DNA of 64,000 bases from an uncultured beta proteobacterium (GCA_963741125.1 CAVUGY010000017.1:35786-99785), one strand, 5' to 3'. Counted from the first letter of the stretch, positions 31,793 to 46,345 are shown. Numbers and translations: made by a program. The notes: a model not told the origin generated them from the letters alone.

Positions 31793-32904
31793 CAGCGGTA
31801 GCGCACCAGCCAGGCGAATGCGGCCAGCGACAGCAACAGGTACAGCGTGCTCGGCGCGGCGGCCACCAGCCATGGCGTCCAGTCACGCAGCACGCCGAGG
31901 TGGCCGGCCACGTTGTTCAGCAAGACGAAGCTGATGCCCAGCAGGATGCCGCCGAAGACCTTGTAGCTGATGCCGCCGGCACGCGCCTGCAGGTAGGCAA
32001 ACGGCAGGGCCAAGGCGACCATCACCAGGCAGGCCAGCGGGTACAGCGCTTTTTTCCAGAACTGGATGGCGTGGCGGCTGGTGGCCTGTTCCTGGCTGGA
32101 CAGGTGTTTGCTGTAGCGCCACAGCTCGACGGTCGACATGGTCGACACCGGCAGCACCGCGGCGGCCACCACTCCGGCGTCGAGCGAACTGGGCCAGTTC
32201 AGCCGTGCGTGCGACTCCTCGCGCACCGGCAGGGCGTCGCTCTGGGCGACGGCGGGCCAATGCGTGACTTCGGCATCTTCGAGCAGCCACTCGCCGCGGC
32301 CGATACGTGCGTGGCGCGCGGCCACGCGGGTGACCAGGCGGCTGTCGGCGTCGAACTCGAAGATGCGCACGCCTTCGAGCACCCCGTCGGGCGTGGTGCG
32401 CAAGACATTGACCGACGCGCTGCGCTCGCTGCCATCGGGCAGGGTGCGTCTATCCTTGAGCCACGCCCCGTGGCTGCCCAGCGTGCGTCCGCCCGAAAAG
32501 CGCGCCTTCAAATCGACGGCGGCATGCTCGCTGGCCGGCGCGACATAGTCGCCGACGAGAAAGGTCATGACGGCGAACAACACACCCAATGCACTGAGCA
32601 GGCCCAAGGCCCGACCCGGCCCCAGGCCGCCCGTGCGCAGGATGGTGAACTCCGAGGATTGCGCCATGCGCGAGAGCGCGAAGATGGTGCCGATCAAGAC
32701 GGCGATCGGGAACAGCTCGTAGAAGTGCCAAGGCACGTCGAGCAGGCCGGCCAACACCGCGTGGCCCAGCGTGTAGCCGTTCTTGCCGATGCCTTCGAGT
32801 TCGTCGACGAAGTCGATGAAGAAGAACAAGGACAGGAATGCCAGCGCGACGAAGATCACCGCCGAGGTGATGTCGTGGTACAGCAGGCGGCGCACGGTCT
32901 TCAT
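31792..32904 (-). CDS. lptG: LPS export ABC permease LptG (YjgQ family)
   Basis: MKTVRRLLYHDITSAVIFVALAFLSLFFFIDFVDEL...; 6 TM with a periplasmic beta-jellyroll; downstream of lptF. Confidence 0.8.
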   Translation of the reverse strand: MKTVRRLLYHDITSAVIFVALAFLSLFFFIDFVDELEGIGKNGYTLGHAVLAGLLDVPWHFYELFPIAVLIGTIFALSRMAQSSEFTILRTGGLGPGRALGLLSALGVLFAVMTFLVGDYVAPASEHAAVDLKARFSGGRTLGSHGAWLKDRRTLPDGSERSASVNVLRTTPDGVLEGVRIFEFDADSRLVTRVAARHARIGRGEWLLEDAEVTHWPAVAQSDALPVREESHARLNWPSSLDAGVVAAAVLPVSTMSTVELWRYSKHLSSQEQATSRHAIQFWKKALYPLACLVMVALALPFAYLQARAGGISYKVFGGILLGISFVLLNNVAGHLGVLRDWTPWLVAAAPSTLYLLLSLAAFAWLVRYR

Positions 32905-33995
32905 GTCGTGGCCCAGGCGCGGGGCCGCAATGCCAGCACGGCCGCGTGGTCGCGCCACCATATGAGGGCCAGGGCCAGCAGGAATGCGCCGCCGTGCAGG
33001 GCCACCAGGGTCGCGCCCATGCCGAAGCGCCCGCCCGCGATCCAGGCCTGGCTCAGGTTGATGAAGTTGTAATAGACGACGAAGGCCAGCAGCGCGAACA
33101 ACAGGTTCCAGTTGCTGGCCCGGCGCGGGTTGTTGGCGGCCAGGCCTATCGCCAGCAGCAACAGGTTGGCCGCGCCGCAGAGCAGGCCGACGCGCCAGGC
33201 CAGTTCGCCCTGATTGCGCAGGTTGGGCTGGCGCAGCAGGTCGATCGAACGCATCGCCTTGGGCGGGCGCTCCTCGGCCTGGCGCAGCGCGCGATCACTC
33301 GCCAGCACGCGGTAGCTGTCGAAGTTGGACAACATCTTGTCGCCGTTCGCGCTGTCGGCCTCGTTGCGCTGGCCGCGCTCGAGCACCAGCCAGCGATCGC
33401 CGTCGATGGTCTCGATATGCCCGCCGCGCGCCGAGGTGATGGCCTCACGCGTGCCGTTGTTGGAGAGGATGAACACGTTGCGCGCGTTGGTCGCATCCGG
33501 GCTGTCGCGTTCGATGAAGAACACCCGCTTGCCGTCGCGCGAGGTCTGGAATACGCCCGGTGCCACGCGCGACAGGTCCGAGCGTTGCTGGTAGCGGTCG
33601 CGCAGGTCGGTGCTCTGCTGATTGCCCCAGGGCCAGATGAACAGCACCAGCACGGCCACCACCAGCAGCACCGGCCAGCCCATGCGCAACACCGGGCGTA
33701 CGAAGCGTGTCAAGGGCAGGCCGCTGGCGAACCAGATCGCCATCTCGCTGTCGCGGTACATGCGCCCGAGCGCCATGACGACGGCGATGAACAAGGACAG
33801 CGCCAGCATGGTCGGCAGGTGACCAAGGGCCGTATAGGCCAGCATCAAGACCACGTCCTGGGGCGACACGACGCCGCTGGCGGCCAGGCCCAGCGTGCGG
33901 ATCAGCATCATCGACAGGACGATCGTCAGGATCACGATCAAGGTGCCGCCGAACATGCGGGCAAGCTCTCGGCGCAGCGTGGTATCGAATAACAT
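32901..33995 (-). CDS. lptF: LPS export ABC permease LptF (YjgP family)
   Basis: MLFDTTLRRELARMFGGTLIVILTIVLSMMLIRTLG...; divergent from pepA with a 28-bp spacer (conserved pepA/lptF arrangement). Confidence 0.8.
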   Translation of the reverse strand: MLFDTTLRRELARMFGGTLIVILTIVLSMMLIRTLGLAASGVVSPQDVVLMLAYTALGHLPTMLALSLFIAVVMALGRMYRDSEMAIWFASGLPLTRFVRPVLRMGWPVLLVVAVLVLFIWPWGNQQSTDLRDRYQQRSDLSRVAPGVFQTSRDGKRVFFIERDSPDATNARNVFILSNNGTREAITSARGGHIETIDGDRWLVLERGQRNEADSANGDKMLSNFDSYRVLASDRALRQAEERPPKAMRSIDLLRQPNLRNQGELAWRVGLLCGAANLLLLAIGLAANNPRRASNWNLLFALLAFVVYYNFINLSQAWIAGGRFGMGATLVALHGGAFLLALALIWWRDHAAVLALRPRAWATT

Positions 33996-34022
33996 CTATG
34001 GATCAAGAAACCTGCGCTCATT

Positions 34023-35493
<1,471 letters not shown>

Positions 35494-35511
35494 CAAGGTC
35501 CGTGACGCGCC

Positions 35512-35949
35512 GTGAGAGTCGAATTCCACACCGGTGTCGTCGACAAGCTGGGTGCGGCCTGCCGCTTTCTGCGCAATGCGCATGCGGCCGGTGCCTCGGT
35601 CGTCGTCTGCGGCGAGCGGGCCGCGCTCGACCGCCTGGACACCGCGCTGTGGACCTTCGAGCCGCTCTCCTTCGTGCCCCACCTGCGCCTGAGGGGCACG
35701 GCCTGCCCGCCGGCACTGGCGCGCACGCCGATCTGCCTGGTCGACGATCCGTCGGCCGTGGCGGCACGCCAGGTGCTGCTCAATGTCGGCCCGGCCATGG
35801 TCGAGGGGTGGAACACTTTCGAGCGCGTGGTCGAGCTGGTGTCGGGCGATGCCGACGACGCCGACGCCGGGCGGCAGCGCTGGCGCCAGTACGCCGCCTG
35901 GCCCGGTATCGATCTCGTGCATCCGACGCGGGCCGCCGCCGGCTCATGA
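35512..35949 (+). CDS. holC: DNA polymerase III chi subunit
   Basis: MRVEFHTGVVDKLGAACRFLRNAHAAGASVVVCGERAALDRLDTALWTFEPLSFVPH; ~145 aa; canonical pepA-holC linkage. Confidence 0.75.
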   Translation: MRVEFHTGVVDKLGAACRFLRNAHAAGASVVVCGERAALDRLDTALWTFEPLSFVPHLRLRGTACPPALARTPICLVDDPSAVAARQVLLNVGPAMVEGWNTFERVVELVSGDADDADAGRQRWRQYAAWPGIDLVHPTRAAAGS

Positions 35950-35965
35950 CTGCGCAGGTGGCCTG

Positions 35966-36319
35966 ATGGGCAAGAAGCCTGTGACCCTGCCGACCCTGAC
36001 CGAGGTGATCGAGGTTCAGGCCGATCGGCTGCAAGGTGATACCGCTGCGGCGACCCTGTCGCCCGACTCCGCAGCCATCGATTTGCCGCCGGCCAAGCCG
36101 GTCGACGCCGCCGAGGCGATGACCGCGCAGGTATTCGAGATGTTGCTTCCACGCATCGACGCACTGCTGCAAGCGCATGTGCACGCAGCGCTCTCGCCGC
36201 AAGTGTCGCGGCTTGCGTCCGAGACCGCGCAACGCGTTCGCGACGAGCTGGCCGGCGCGCTGCAGGCGCTGGTCGCGCAGGCGGTCGACGAGGCGCTCGG
36301 CCGACGGCATAAACCCTGA
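35966..36319 (+). CDS. Hypothetical protein (117 aa)
   Basis: Intact ORF after holC; no recognisable motif. Confidence 0.3.
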   Translation: MGKKPVTLPTLTEVIEVQADRLQGDTAAATLSPDSAAIDLPPAKPVDAAEAMTAQVFEMLLPRIDALLQAHVHAALSPQVSRLASETAQRVRDELAGALQALVAQAVDEALGRRHKP

Positions 36320-36481
36320 GACTGGGCTCGTGACCGCGCAACGCCGGGCGCCAGCGCAGCAGAGCCCGGCATTCTGCAGATGCCCGATGCGGGCGCAACG
36401 GGTTTTTTGGAGTATCGTCACGGCCGTTGAGAAATTCCCTCTCTCATCGCGTCTCAACATCCCCAACCGGAGGTTAATTTC

Positions 36482-37633
36482 ATGCGAATCAAGATGATCC
36501 CGATCGTCGCTGCCGTTGTCGCTCTTGCGGCCGGCGCGGCCTATGCACAAGACATGGTGGTGAAGATCGGCCACGTCGGACCCACCAGCGGCGGCATCGC
36601 GCATCTGGGCAAGGACAACGAGAATGGCGCCCGCATGGCCATCGATGAACTCAACGCCAAGGGCGTGACCATCGGCGGCAAGAAGGCCAAGTTCGAATTG
36701 CTGGCCGAAGACGATGCCGGCGATCCCAAGCAAGGCACTGCGGCCGCGCAAAAGCTGGTCGATGCCAAGGTCAACGGCGTCATCGGCCACCTCAACTCGG
36801 GCACCTCGATCCCGGCTTCGAAGATCTACAGCGACGCCGGCATCCCGCAGATCAGCCCCTCGGCAACCAACCCCAAGTTCACGCGCAACGGCTACAAGAC
36901 CACCTTCCGCGTGGTGGCCGATGACGTCCATCTGGGCGGCACGCTCGGCAAGTACGCCGTCACGCAGGTCCACGGCAAGAGCATTGCGGTCATCGACGAC
37001 CGCACGGCCTACGGCCAGGGCGTTGCCGACGAGTTCGAGAAGGGCGTCAAGGGCGCAGGCGGCAAGACCGTGGCGCGCGAGTTCACCAACGACAAGGCCA
37101 CCGACTTCACCGCCATCCTGACCTCCATCAAGGCCAAGAAGCCCGACGTGGTCTTCTTCGGCGGCATGGACGCGGTGGCGGGCCCGATGCTGCGCCAGAT
37201 GAAGCAACTCGGCATCAGCGCCAAGTTCATGGGCGGCGACGGCATCTGCTCGGGCGAGTTGCCCAAGCTGGCGGCCGGCACGATGGCCGATGACCAGGTG
37301 ATCTGCGCGGAAGCCGGTGGTATCGATCCCAAGGACGCCACGGCGACCAAGGCGATGGCCGACTTCAAGGCCAAGTTCAAGGCCAAGTTCAACGCCGACG
37401 TCCAGATCTACTCGCCGTATGTCTACGACGCGCTGAATGTGATGGTGGCTGCGATGGTCAAGGCCGGTTCGGCCGAGCCGGCCAAGTACCTGCCGGTGCT
37501 GGCCAAGACCGAGGGCTACAAGGGCGTCACGGGAACGATCTCCTTCGACAACAAGGGCGACATCAAGAACGGCGCCCTGACCCTGCACTCGTACAAGGGT
37601 GACAAGCAGACCGATATCGGCGTCGTGCGCTGA
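36482..37633 (+). CDS. Branched-chain amino-acid ABC transporter substrate-binding protein (LivJ/LivK family)
   Basis: Signal peptide MRIKMIPIVAAVVALAAGAAYAQD; ..KIGHVGPTSGGIAHLGKDNENGARMAIDELNAKG...; intact; no cognate permease adjacent (orphan binding protein). Confidence 0.8.
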   Translation: MRIKMIPIVAAVVALAAGAAYAQDMVVKIGHVGPTSGGIAHLGKDNENGARMAIDELNAKGVTIGGKKAKFELLAEDDAGDPKQGTAAAQKLVDAKVNGVIGHLNSGTSIPASKIYSDAGIPQISPSATNPKFTRNGYKTTFRVVADDVHLGGTLGKYAVTQVHGKSIAVIDDRTAYGQGVADEFEKGVKGAGGKTVAREFTNDKATDFTAILTSIKAKKPDVVFFGGMDAVAGPMLRQMKQLGISAKFMGGDGICSGELPKLAAGTMADDQVICAEAGGIDPKDATATKAMADFKAKFKAKFNADVQIYSPYVYDALNVMVAAMVKAGSAEPAKYLPVLAKTEGYKGVTGTISFDNKGDIKNGALTLHSYKGDKQTDIGVVR

Positions 37634-37656
37634 GCGACCCGCTTCTCGGCACTTCG

Positions 37657-37688
37657 AAAACGCCCGCGCCTGCGGGCGTTTTCTTTTG
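37657..37688 (+). terminator. Rho-independent terminator after the livJ-like gene
   Basis: AAACGCCCGCGCCTGCGGGCGTTT hairpin + TCTTTTG. Confidence 0.55.
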
Positions 37689-37780
37689 TAGGTGTTTTGC
37701 CCGAGGCGCCGCGGTGCTCGGGCCCAGGCGCGCTGCGCTATCCTGAGCGGCCGCGTTCAGGCGGTTGCCAGGAGACATTC

Positions 37781-39052
37781 ATGAGGATTACCGCCGCCCA
37801 CTGCTTGTTCGGCCTGTCGCTGTTGGCCATGGGTGGCGTCGGCAACGCTGCCGACCTGCGCGTGCAGTGTTATTCCGACGGCAACGAGTGCGAAGTCACC
37901 GGCGACATCGCCAAGCGCTTCGAGGCCGAGAACGCAGGCACCAAGGTCATCATCGACAAGGTGCCGTACAAGGCCGTGGTCGAGCAACTGCCGGTGCAAC
38001 TGGCGGCCGGCGAAGGCCCCGACATCGCGCGCATCACCGACCTCGGCGGCCTGAGCAAGTTCTACCTCGACCTCACACCGCACCTGAGCCCGGCGCGAGT
38101 CAAGGCCTGGCAGGACAACTTCGCGTCCAGCCTGGCCTGGTTTCGCGCCAACCCGGCCGACCGCGGCATTTACGGCCTGATGTCGCAGCTCACGGTCACC
38201 GGCTCGTACATCAACAAGACCCTGTTCGAGCAGGCCAAGGTGGCCATACCCGGCCCGACCGCGACCTGGGACGACTGGATGGAGGCCGCGCGCAAGGTCG
38301 CCGTCGCCACCAAGACGCCGTTCGCGATGGCCATGGACCGCAGTGGCCACCGGTTCGCGCCGCTGGCCGTGGCCTACGGCGCGAAGATCTTCGATGCCAA
38401 CGGCGTGCCGGTGATCGACGCCGGTTACCAGACCGCGGCGCGCAAGTTCGTCGATTGGCACAAGGCCGGCCTGATGCCCAAGGAGGTCTGGGGCGGCGTC
38501 GGCGGCTCGCAATACCGCGACGCCTTCGAGGAGTTCGCCAACGGCCGCGTCGTCGTCTACTACTCGGGTTCGTGGCAGATCAAGCGCATGGACACCCAGG
38601 TCACCAAGTCCTTCGACTGGGCCGTGGCTCCCGCGCCCTGCGGCCCGGCCGGCTGCACCGCGATGCCCGGCGGCGCCGCCTTCGTGGCCTTCAAGCACAC
38701 CAAGGTCCCGATGGAGGCGGCCAAGTTCCTCGACTTCCTGTCACGCGACGACAACTACAAGGACTTGATGGCGCGCACCGAGAACATCCCCGCCAGCCTG
38801 GCCGTGGCCAAGGCCGGTGTGACCTACAACGTGTCGCCCAACGCGAAGGCGGCATTGAATTCGTTCGTCGCCGACGTGCCCAAGATCGCCAAGGCCAACT
38901 ACGACCTGCAGGGCTACCGCTTCAACCGCGCGGTGTTTCTGCCCACGGCGCAGCGCCTGGGCCAGGCGGTGGCCGGCGAGATGACGGCCGACGACGCCTT
39001 GAAGCGCCTGGCCGCCGACGTCGACGAGCAGGTCAAGGCCGCGAGCAAGTAA
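37781..39052 (+). CDS. Sugar ABC transporter substrate-binding protein (solute-binding family 1)
   Basis: Signal peptide MRITAAHCLFGLSLLAMGGVGNAA; ~424 aa; followed by two permeases and an ATPase. Confidence 0.75.
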   Translation: MRITAAHCLFGLSLLAMGGVGNAADLRVQCYSDGNECEVTGDIAKRFEAENAGTKVIIDKVPYKAVVEQLPVQLAAGEGPDIARITDLGGLSKFYLDLTPHLSPARVKAWQDNFASSLAWFRANPADRGIYGLMSQLTVTGSYINKTLFEQAKVAIPGPTATWDDWMEAARKVAVATKTPFAMAMDRSGHRFAPLAVAYGAKIFDANGVPVIDAGYQTAARKFVDWHKAGLMPKEVWGGVGGSQYRDAFEEFANGRVVVYYSGSWQIKRMDTQVTKSFDWAVAPAPCGPAGCTAMPGGAAFVAFKHTKVPMEAAKFLDFLSRDDNYKDLMARTENIPASLAVAKAGVTYNVSPNAKAALNSFVADVPKIAKANYDLQGYRFNRAVFLPTAQRLGQAVAGEMTADDALKRLAADVDEQVKAASK

Positions 39053-39103
39053 GTCGCAAAGCCCGGCGCCGCGACGCGCCGCCGGGCTTGCCACCAGCAC
39101 GCC

Positions 39104-40017
<914 letters not shown>

Positions 40018-40021
<4 letters not shown>

Positions 40022-41067
40022 ACGCCGTCGGCTTTCTGACCCGCACCCGCGGCAAGCGCCAGATGGACTGGACCGACTGGTTGTCCTACGCCTACCTCAC
40101 GCTCGGCCTGTTCCTGATGTTCGGCCCGGTGCTGTGGCTGGTGATGTCGTCGTTCAAGACCGAAGCCGCCTTGACCGAGTTTCCGCCGAGTCTTCTGCCC
40201 TATGGCCAGAAGCAGGTAATGGTGCCCGGCGAAGAAAAGCCCAAGCCGGTGTACCGCGTCAAGCTGGCCGACGGCACGGTGCGCGAGCTGGCCGAGCTGC
40301 GCCGCATCGGCCTGGTGGCCACGCATGTCGATCCGGCGCAGCCCGAGGTGATGATCCGCGTCAACATCGCCGACCGCGAGCCGATGCGCGAGTTCGGCCT
40401 CGCCACGCAGAACTACAGCGAGCTCGGCGGCAAGTTCAACTTCGGTCTGTACCTGTGGAACACGGTGTTCATCACCGTGGTCGCCACGCTGCTGACCCTG
40501 CTCTTCAATTCGATGGCCGCCTTCGCACTGTCGAAGTACCGCTTCCGCGGCCGATCCGGGGTCTTCCTGATCATCCTGGCCACGCTGATGGTGCCGCCGA
40601 CCATCGTGCTGGTGCCCAACTTCCTGGTCGTCGCCGAACTCGGCCTGCTGAACAGCCTGTGGGGCGTGATCTGGCCGGCCGTGGCCACACCGACCGGCGT
40701 CTTCCTGCTGCGCCAGTACATGCTGACCATTCCCGACGAGCTGCTCGAAGCCGCGCGCATGGACCACGCCAGCGAATGGCGCATCTACTGGCGCATCGTG
40801 CTGCCGTTGTCGGCCCCGGCGCTGGCAGTGCTGGCGATCTTCTCGATCATGTGGCGCTGGAACGATTTCCTGTGGCCCTTGATCGTGCTCAGCAAGTCGG
40901 AGAAGTTCACGCTGCAGCTGGCGCTCAACGCCTTCCAGGGCGATCTCGTCACGCAGTGGAACTACCTGCTGGCGATGACGGTGATCACGCTGCTGCCGAT
41001 CACCCTCGTATTCGCCTTCCTGCAGAAGTACATCGCCCAGGGTATCGCCTCGGCCGGAGTCAAGTGA
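40018..41067 (+). CDS. Sugar ABC transporter permease (MalG/UgpE-like) with an extended periplasmic loop
   Basis: ..ELLEAARMDHASEWRIYWRIVLPLSAPALAV..; 4-nt overlap with the upstream gene. Confidence 0.8.
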
Positions 41068-41070
41068 ACC

Positions 41071-42089
<1,019 letters not shown>

Positions 42090-42093
<4 letters not shown>

Positions 42094-44496
42094 CGCCGTT
42101 TCGCCAGGCCACTCTCAAGAGCGCCGACGCGCACGGCGCGGTTCTGGCCCTCGACGGCGGCTGGCAGATGCGCGTGGCGCTGGTGGCGCCGGGTGTGGGC
42201 CGGACGCTGTTGCTGCCGCCTTCGGGTCTGCGCGAGCCGCGCAGCTGGAGCGTGATCGATGGCCGAGCCCGCGACGCGTGGCAAGGCGCCGACCGGTCGG
42301 CCTTGTTCGCCGATGCCCCCGCGGCCACGCTGACCCAGGCCGGCAATGACCTCACCCTGGCCGACGACTTGCTGCGCGTGCACGTGAGCTTGAACCCCTT
42401 GGGCCTCACCTGGGAGCAATGGAACGGCAATGCCTGGCAAACCTGCTGCATCGACCGGCCGACCTTCGGTTACGGCAGCGCGAAGCGCAGCGGCCTCACT
42501 GGCCATTGGCAGCAGCGTGACGAGCACGACCAGTACTTCGGCCTGGGTGACAAGACCGGCCCGTCGAACAAGGCCGGCCGCCGCTTTCGCACGCGGGCGC
42601 TCGACGCGCTGGGCCACAACGGCGAAACCTCCGACCCGCTGTACAAGCACTGGCCCTTCTTCATCGGCCGTCGCGCCGACAGCGGTGCCTGCTACGGCAT
42701 GTTCTACGACACGCTGTCCGAATGCACGTTCGACTTCGGCCAGGAATTCGACAACTACCACGGCTTTTACCGGGCCACCGAAATCGCCGATGGTGATCTC
42801 GACTGCTACGTCCTGGCCGGCCCCGACGTGGCCGCTGCGCTGGCGCGCTTCGTGGCCCTCATCGGCGGCACGGCGATGCCACCGCGCTGGAGCCTGGGTT
42901 ACGCCAACACCGCGATGGCCCTGGCCGACGTGCCCGATGCACAGGCCTGCATCGGCGAGTTCCTGGCCACGCGCCAAGCGCCTGCAGTTTCCGCTGTCCA
43001 GCTTTCATTTCGGCTCGGGCTATACCAGCCGCGGCAAACGGCGCTACGTCTTCACCTGGAACCGCGACAAGTTTCCCGACCCCGCAGGCCTGCTGCAGGC
43101 CTTTCGCGATGCCGGCGTGCGCACGGTGGCCAACATCAAGCCCTGCCTGCTCGACGATCACCCGGCCTTTCCGGCCATCGCCGCGGCCGGCGGCTTCGAT
43201 CCGGGAGGAGGGCGGCGCGATCTGCCTGGACCCAGTTCTGGGATGGCTGGGGCGCGCACCTCGACTTCACCCGCGACGGCGATCGCCATTGGTGGCAGGA
43301 CAACCTGCAGCAGCAGGTGCTCGACGTCGGCTTCGACGCCGGCTGGAACGACAACAACGAGTACGCGATCTGGAACGAGGCCGGCGTGACGCATGCCAAC
43401 GGCCAGCCGCTGCCCATCCACCGCTCGCGACCCTTGCAGCCGCTGCTGATGACCGAGGCCACGGCCGAACGACAGCGCGCGCTCAAGCCTGGCGAGCGCA
43501 GCTACACGATCACGCGCGCCGGCCCGCCCGGCATCCAGCGCACGGCGCAGACCTGGTCGGGCGACAACACCACCAGCTGGCACACCCTGCGCTGGAACCA
43601 GCGCATGGCGCTGACCATGAGCCTGTCGGGCCTGTTCAACATCGGCCACGACATCGGCGGCTTCTTCGGCCCGGTGCCCGACGCCGAATTGCTGATCCGC
43701 TGGACACAGGCCTGCTGCCTCGTGCCGCGCATGATCATGAACTCGTGGAAGGCCGACGGCAGCGTCAACTCGCCCTGGCTGCACCCCGAGGCGACCGACA
43801 CCATACGCAGCGCGGTGCGGCTGCGGCTGCGCCTGATGCCCACGCTGTACACGCTGATGTGGCAGGCCGCCGCGAGCGCATCGCCCCGTGCTGCGCCCGA
43901 GCTTCTTCCACTTCGGCGACGACGCCACCTGCTGGCAGGACAACGACGAGATGATGGTCGGCCCCGATCTGCTGGTCGCGCCCGTATTCGCGCCCGGCCA
44001 GCGCGAACGCAGCCTGTACCTGCCCAAGGGCGCGCATGGCAGCGGCTGGTACGACTTCTGGAGCGAGCAGTACTGGCCCGGTGGGCAAACCATCACCGTG
44101 CCCGCCGAGCTGACACGCCTGCCGCTGTTCGTGCGCGCCGGCGCATTGCTGGCGACCACCGATACCTGGCAAGACCAGGCCCTGACCGAAGAGCCTTCGC
44201 GCGCGCTGCACTACTACCCGCCACCCGCCGATGCATCAGCGTCGACATCGACCGCAGAACTGTTCGAGGACGATGGCCTGCAGGCCGGCCACGCGGCCAC
44301 GCGGCATCGCCTGCACCGCTTCGAGGCCAGCGCGAGCCGCAGCGCGCTGCGCATAGCCGCCAGCGACACGGGCAGCTGGCCGCTGCCCTACACCCAGATC
44401 CGCGTCGTGCTGCCCAAGGGCGAGCAGCGCCCCTTGACGCTGGCCGCCGGCAGCGTTGCGCTGACGCCTGCGAGCGCTGCGGCCGGGCAGGGCTAA
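42090..44496 (+). CDS. Glycoside hydrolase family 31 (alpha-glucosidase/alpha-xylosidase YicI-like); frameshifted at about 42960, 43200, 43880
   Basis: ..MPPRWSLGY.., ..PLSSFHFGSGYTS..KRRYVFTWNRDKFPDP.. (frame 42430), ..FWDGWGAHLDFT..WNDNNEY..SGDNTTSWHTLR..GHDIGGF (catalytic region), C-term frame 43888..44496. Confidence 0.75.
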
Positions 44497-44517
44497 GCGC
44501 GGGTAGGGCCGCCCACG

Positions 44518-45469
44518 ATGCCCAGCCCGCCATGGCCCTGGCTGGGCGACGAGCGAGCCACTGCCGCGCGCCGTGCCGATCTGCGGCGCCTGCTCGGCCC
44601 GCTGCCGACGCTCGCTGCCGCCCCGAGCGGCGAACGCTTGTCGACCGAGCTCCAGCCCTTCGCCCGCATCGAGCGCTGGCGCCTCGCCCTCAACCGCGAA
44701 GAGCCGGTGCCGGCGCTGCTGCTGCTGCCGCCCGAGGGCCAAGCCGCGCGGCCTGGTGCTCTACAACCACGCGCACGGCAACAACTTCGCGGTCGGCAAG
44801 GACGAGCTGCTGCAAGGCCGGCCGGCATTGCAGCCGCCGCCATACGGCGAAGTACTGCCCGCGCTCGGCTTGGCGGTGCTGGCGATCGACCATTGGTGCT
44901 TCGGCGAACGTGCGTCGCGCAGCGAACGGGCATGGGTCAAACAACTGCTGTGGCAGGGCCACACGCCGTGGGGCTACCGCGTGCACGACACGCTGGCCGC
45001 GCTCGACTGGCTGCGCGCGCAACCGGGCCTGGCCGGCTTGCCGACGGCGACGCTCGGCCTGTCGATGGGCAGCACGATGGCCGTCTGGGCCGCGGCCTTG
45101 CGGCCCGACATCGATGCCTGCATCGAGATGTGCGGCCTGGCCGAGTTCGATGCGCTGCTGGCCAGCGGTGGCCACGACCTGCATGGCGAATACTTCTTCG
45201 TGCCGGGCTTGAAGCGCGATTTCAGCGCTGCGGAAATCGCCGCACTGATCGCGCCGCGCCTGCACCTGTCATTGATCGGGCGCGACGATCCGCTGACGCC
45301 GCCGGCCGGCGTCGAAAGCATCGACCGCGCGATGCGCGAGGCCTATTCGCTGCTGGGCCAGCCCAGCGCCTGGCAGCAGCGCGTGTCTGCGGTGGGGCAC
45401 CGCGAAACGGCGGAGATGCGCGGGCTGGTGCTGGCCGAGCTGTCGCGGCTCGGGTCAAGCACGCTCTGA
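44518..45469 (+). CDS. Alpha/beta-fold hydrolase (dienelactone-hydrolase/esterase-like); frameshift near 44745
   Basis: ..LVLYNHAHGNNF.., nucleophile elbow GLSMGS, ..DDPLTP..; N-term in frame 44518, remainder in frame 44573..45469. Confidence 0.6.
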
Positions 45470-45652
45470 GGCTCGGGGCTCGATCAGCGCCTGACGGCGG
45501 AATGATATTTCCGCGTGCCGGCTGGTTCGGCCACACGTCGGGCCAGCGAGCACATGAGCGGTGCCGCCATGCCCGGTTTCTGCCAAGATATACGACATGC
45601 AAACCGGACAAACCGTGTCGTCGATAGCACGTTGACCCCCCGAAGGCCCATC

Positions 45653-46345
45653 ATGAGCGTCGACGAATTCACAAGGATGCTTGAAGCTCTCACCAAGCTT
45701 CTTGGCGTTCTTGTTTGGCCCGCGTTGCTTGCGTTTGTGCTCATTCGGTTTGGGCCCGCGCTCAGAGACTTCTTCTCAAGTCTGGGCGAGTTCACCTTCA
45801 AAGGTGGTGGGTTTGAAGCAACCGCAAAGCGCAAGCAGGCCGAGGCTGCGGCGGCGCTGGTCGCGGCTTCCGTAGCCCGACCTGATGCCAATACGACACC
45901 GGAGTCGGCCGCCCGCGACGCGAAGGAAGCTGCTGCCGTTGTAGCGGAGTCGGTCAACGCTCGCGTCATCCGTCGCGCCAGCGAGGCGACAGCTCTGTGG
46001 GTTGACGATCGGCCGAGCAACAATATCTTCGAGCGGCAGTCGCTCGAGGCACTTGGTGTTTCATTCGTCCTTGCCACCTCGACCGAGGAGGCGCTTGACC
46101 GCCTCGCCAAGAGAAAGTTCGATGTCGTCATCTCTGATATGGGGCGCCCTCCCGACCCGCGCGCCGGGTACACGCTCTTGGAACAGCTTCGTGCTTCTGG
46201 AAATCAAACGCCGTTCGTCATCTACGCGGGCTCCAACGCCCCGGAGCACAAGGCGGAAGCCCGAAGTCGAGGCGCTCTTGGCTGTACCAATCGCGCTTCG
46301 GAATTGTTCGGGTATGTTCTCGCAGCGCTCAACCGCTTGGGCTAG
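45653..46345 (+). CDS. Membrane-anchored protein with a C-terminal response-regulator receiver-like (CheY-fold) domain; no output domain
   Basis: N-term TM LLGVLVWPALLAFVLIRFG; Ala/Glu-rich linker; C-term ALWVDDRPSNN..VSFVLATSTEEALDRL..KFDVVISDMGRP..GYTLLEQLR..PFVIYAGS...HK matches REC beta1 DD, beta3 phospho-acceptor Asp, beta4 Ser/Thr and beta5 Lys positions. Confidence 0.45.
   Translation: MSVDEFTRMLEALTKLLGVLVWPALLAFVLIRFGPALRDFFSSLGEFTFKGGGFEATAKRKQAEAAAALVAASVARPDANTTPESAARDAKEAAAVVAESVNARVIRRASEATALWVDDRPSNNIFERQSLEALGVSFVLATSTEEALDRLAKRKFDVVISDMGRPPDPRAGYTLLEQLRASGNQTPFVIYAGSNAPEHKAEARSRGALGCTNRASELFGYVLAALNRLG

Noticed and set aside
45470-45652. Direct repeat of the tRNA-Ser 3' end marking the distal island boundary
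   Set aside because: I searched the left flank for TTCGAA-containing repeats of the tRNA 3' segment and found none. The boundary is therefore defined only by the composition shift.
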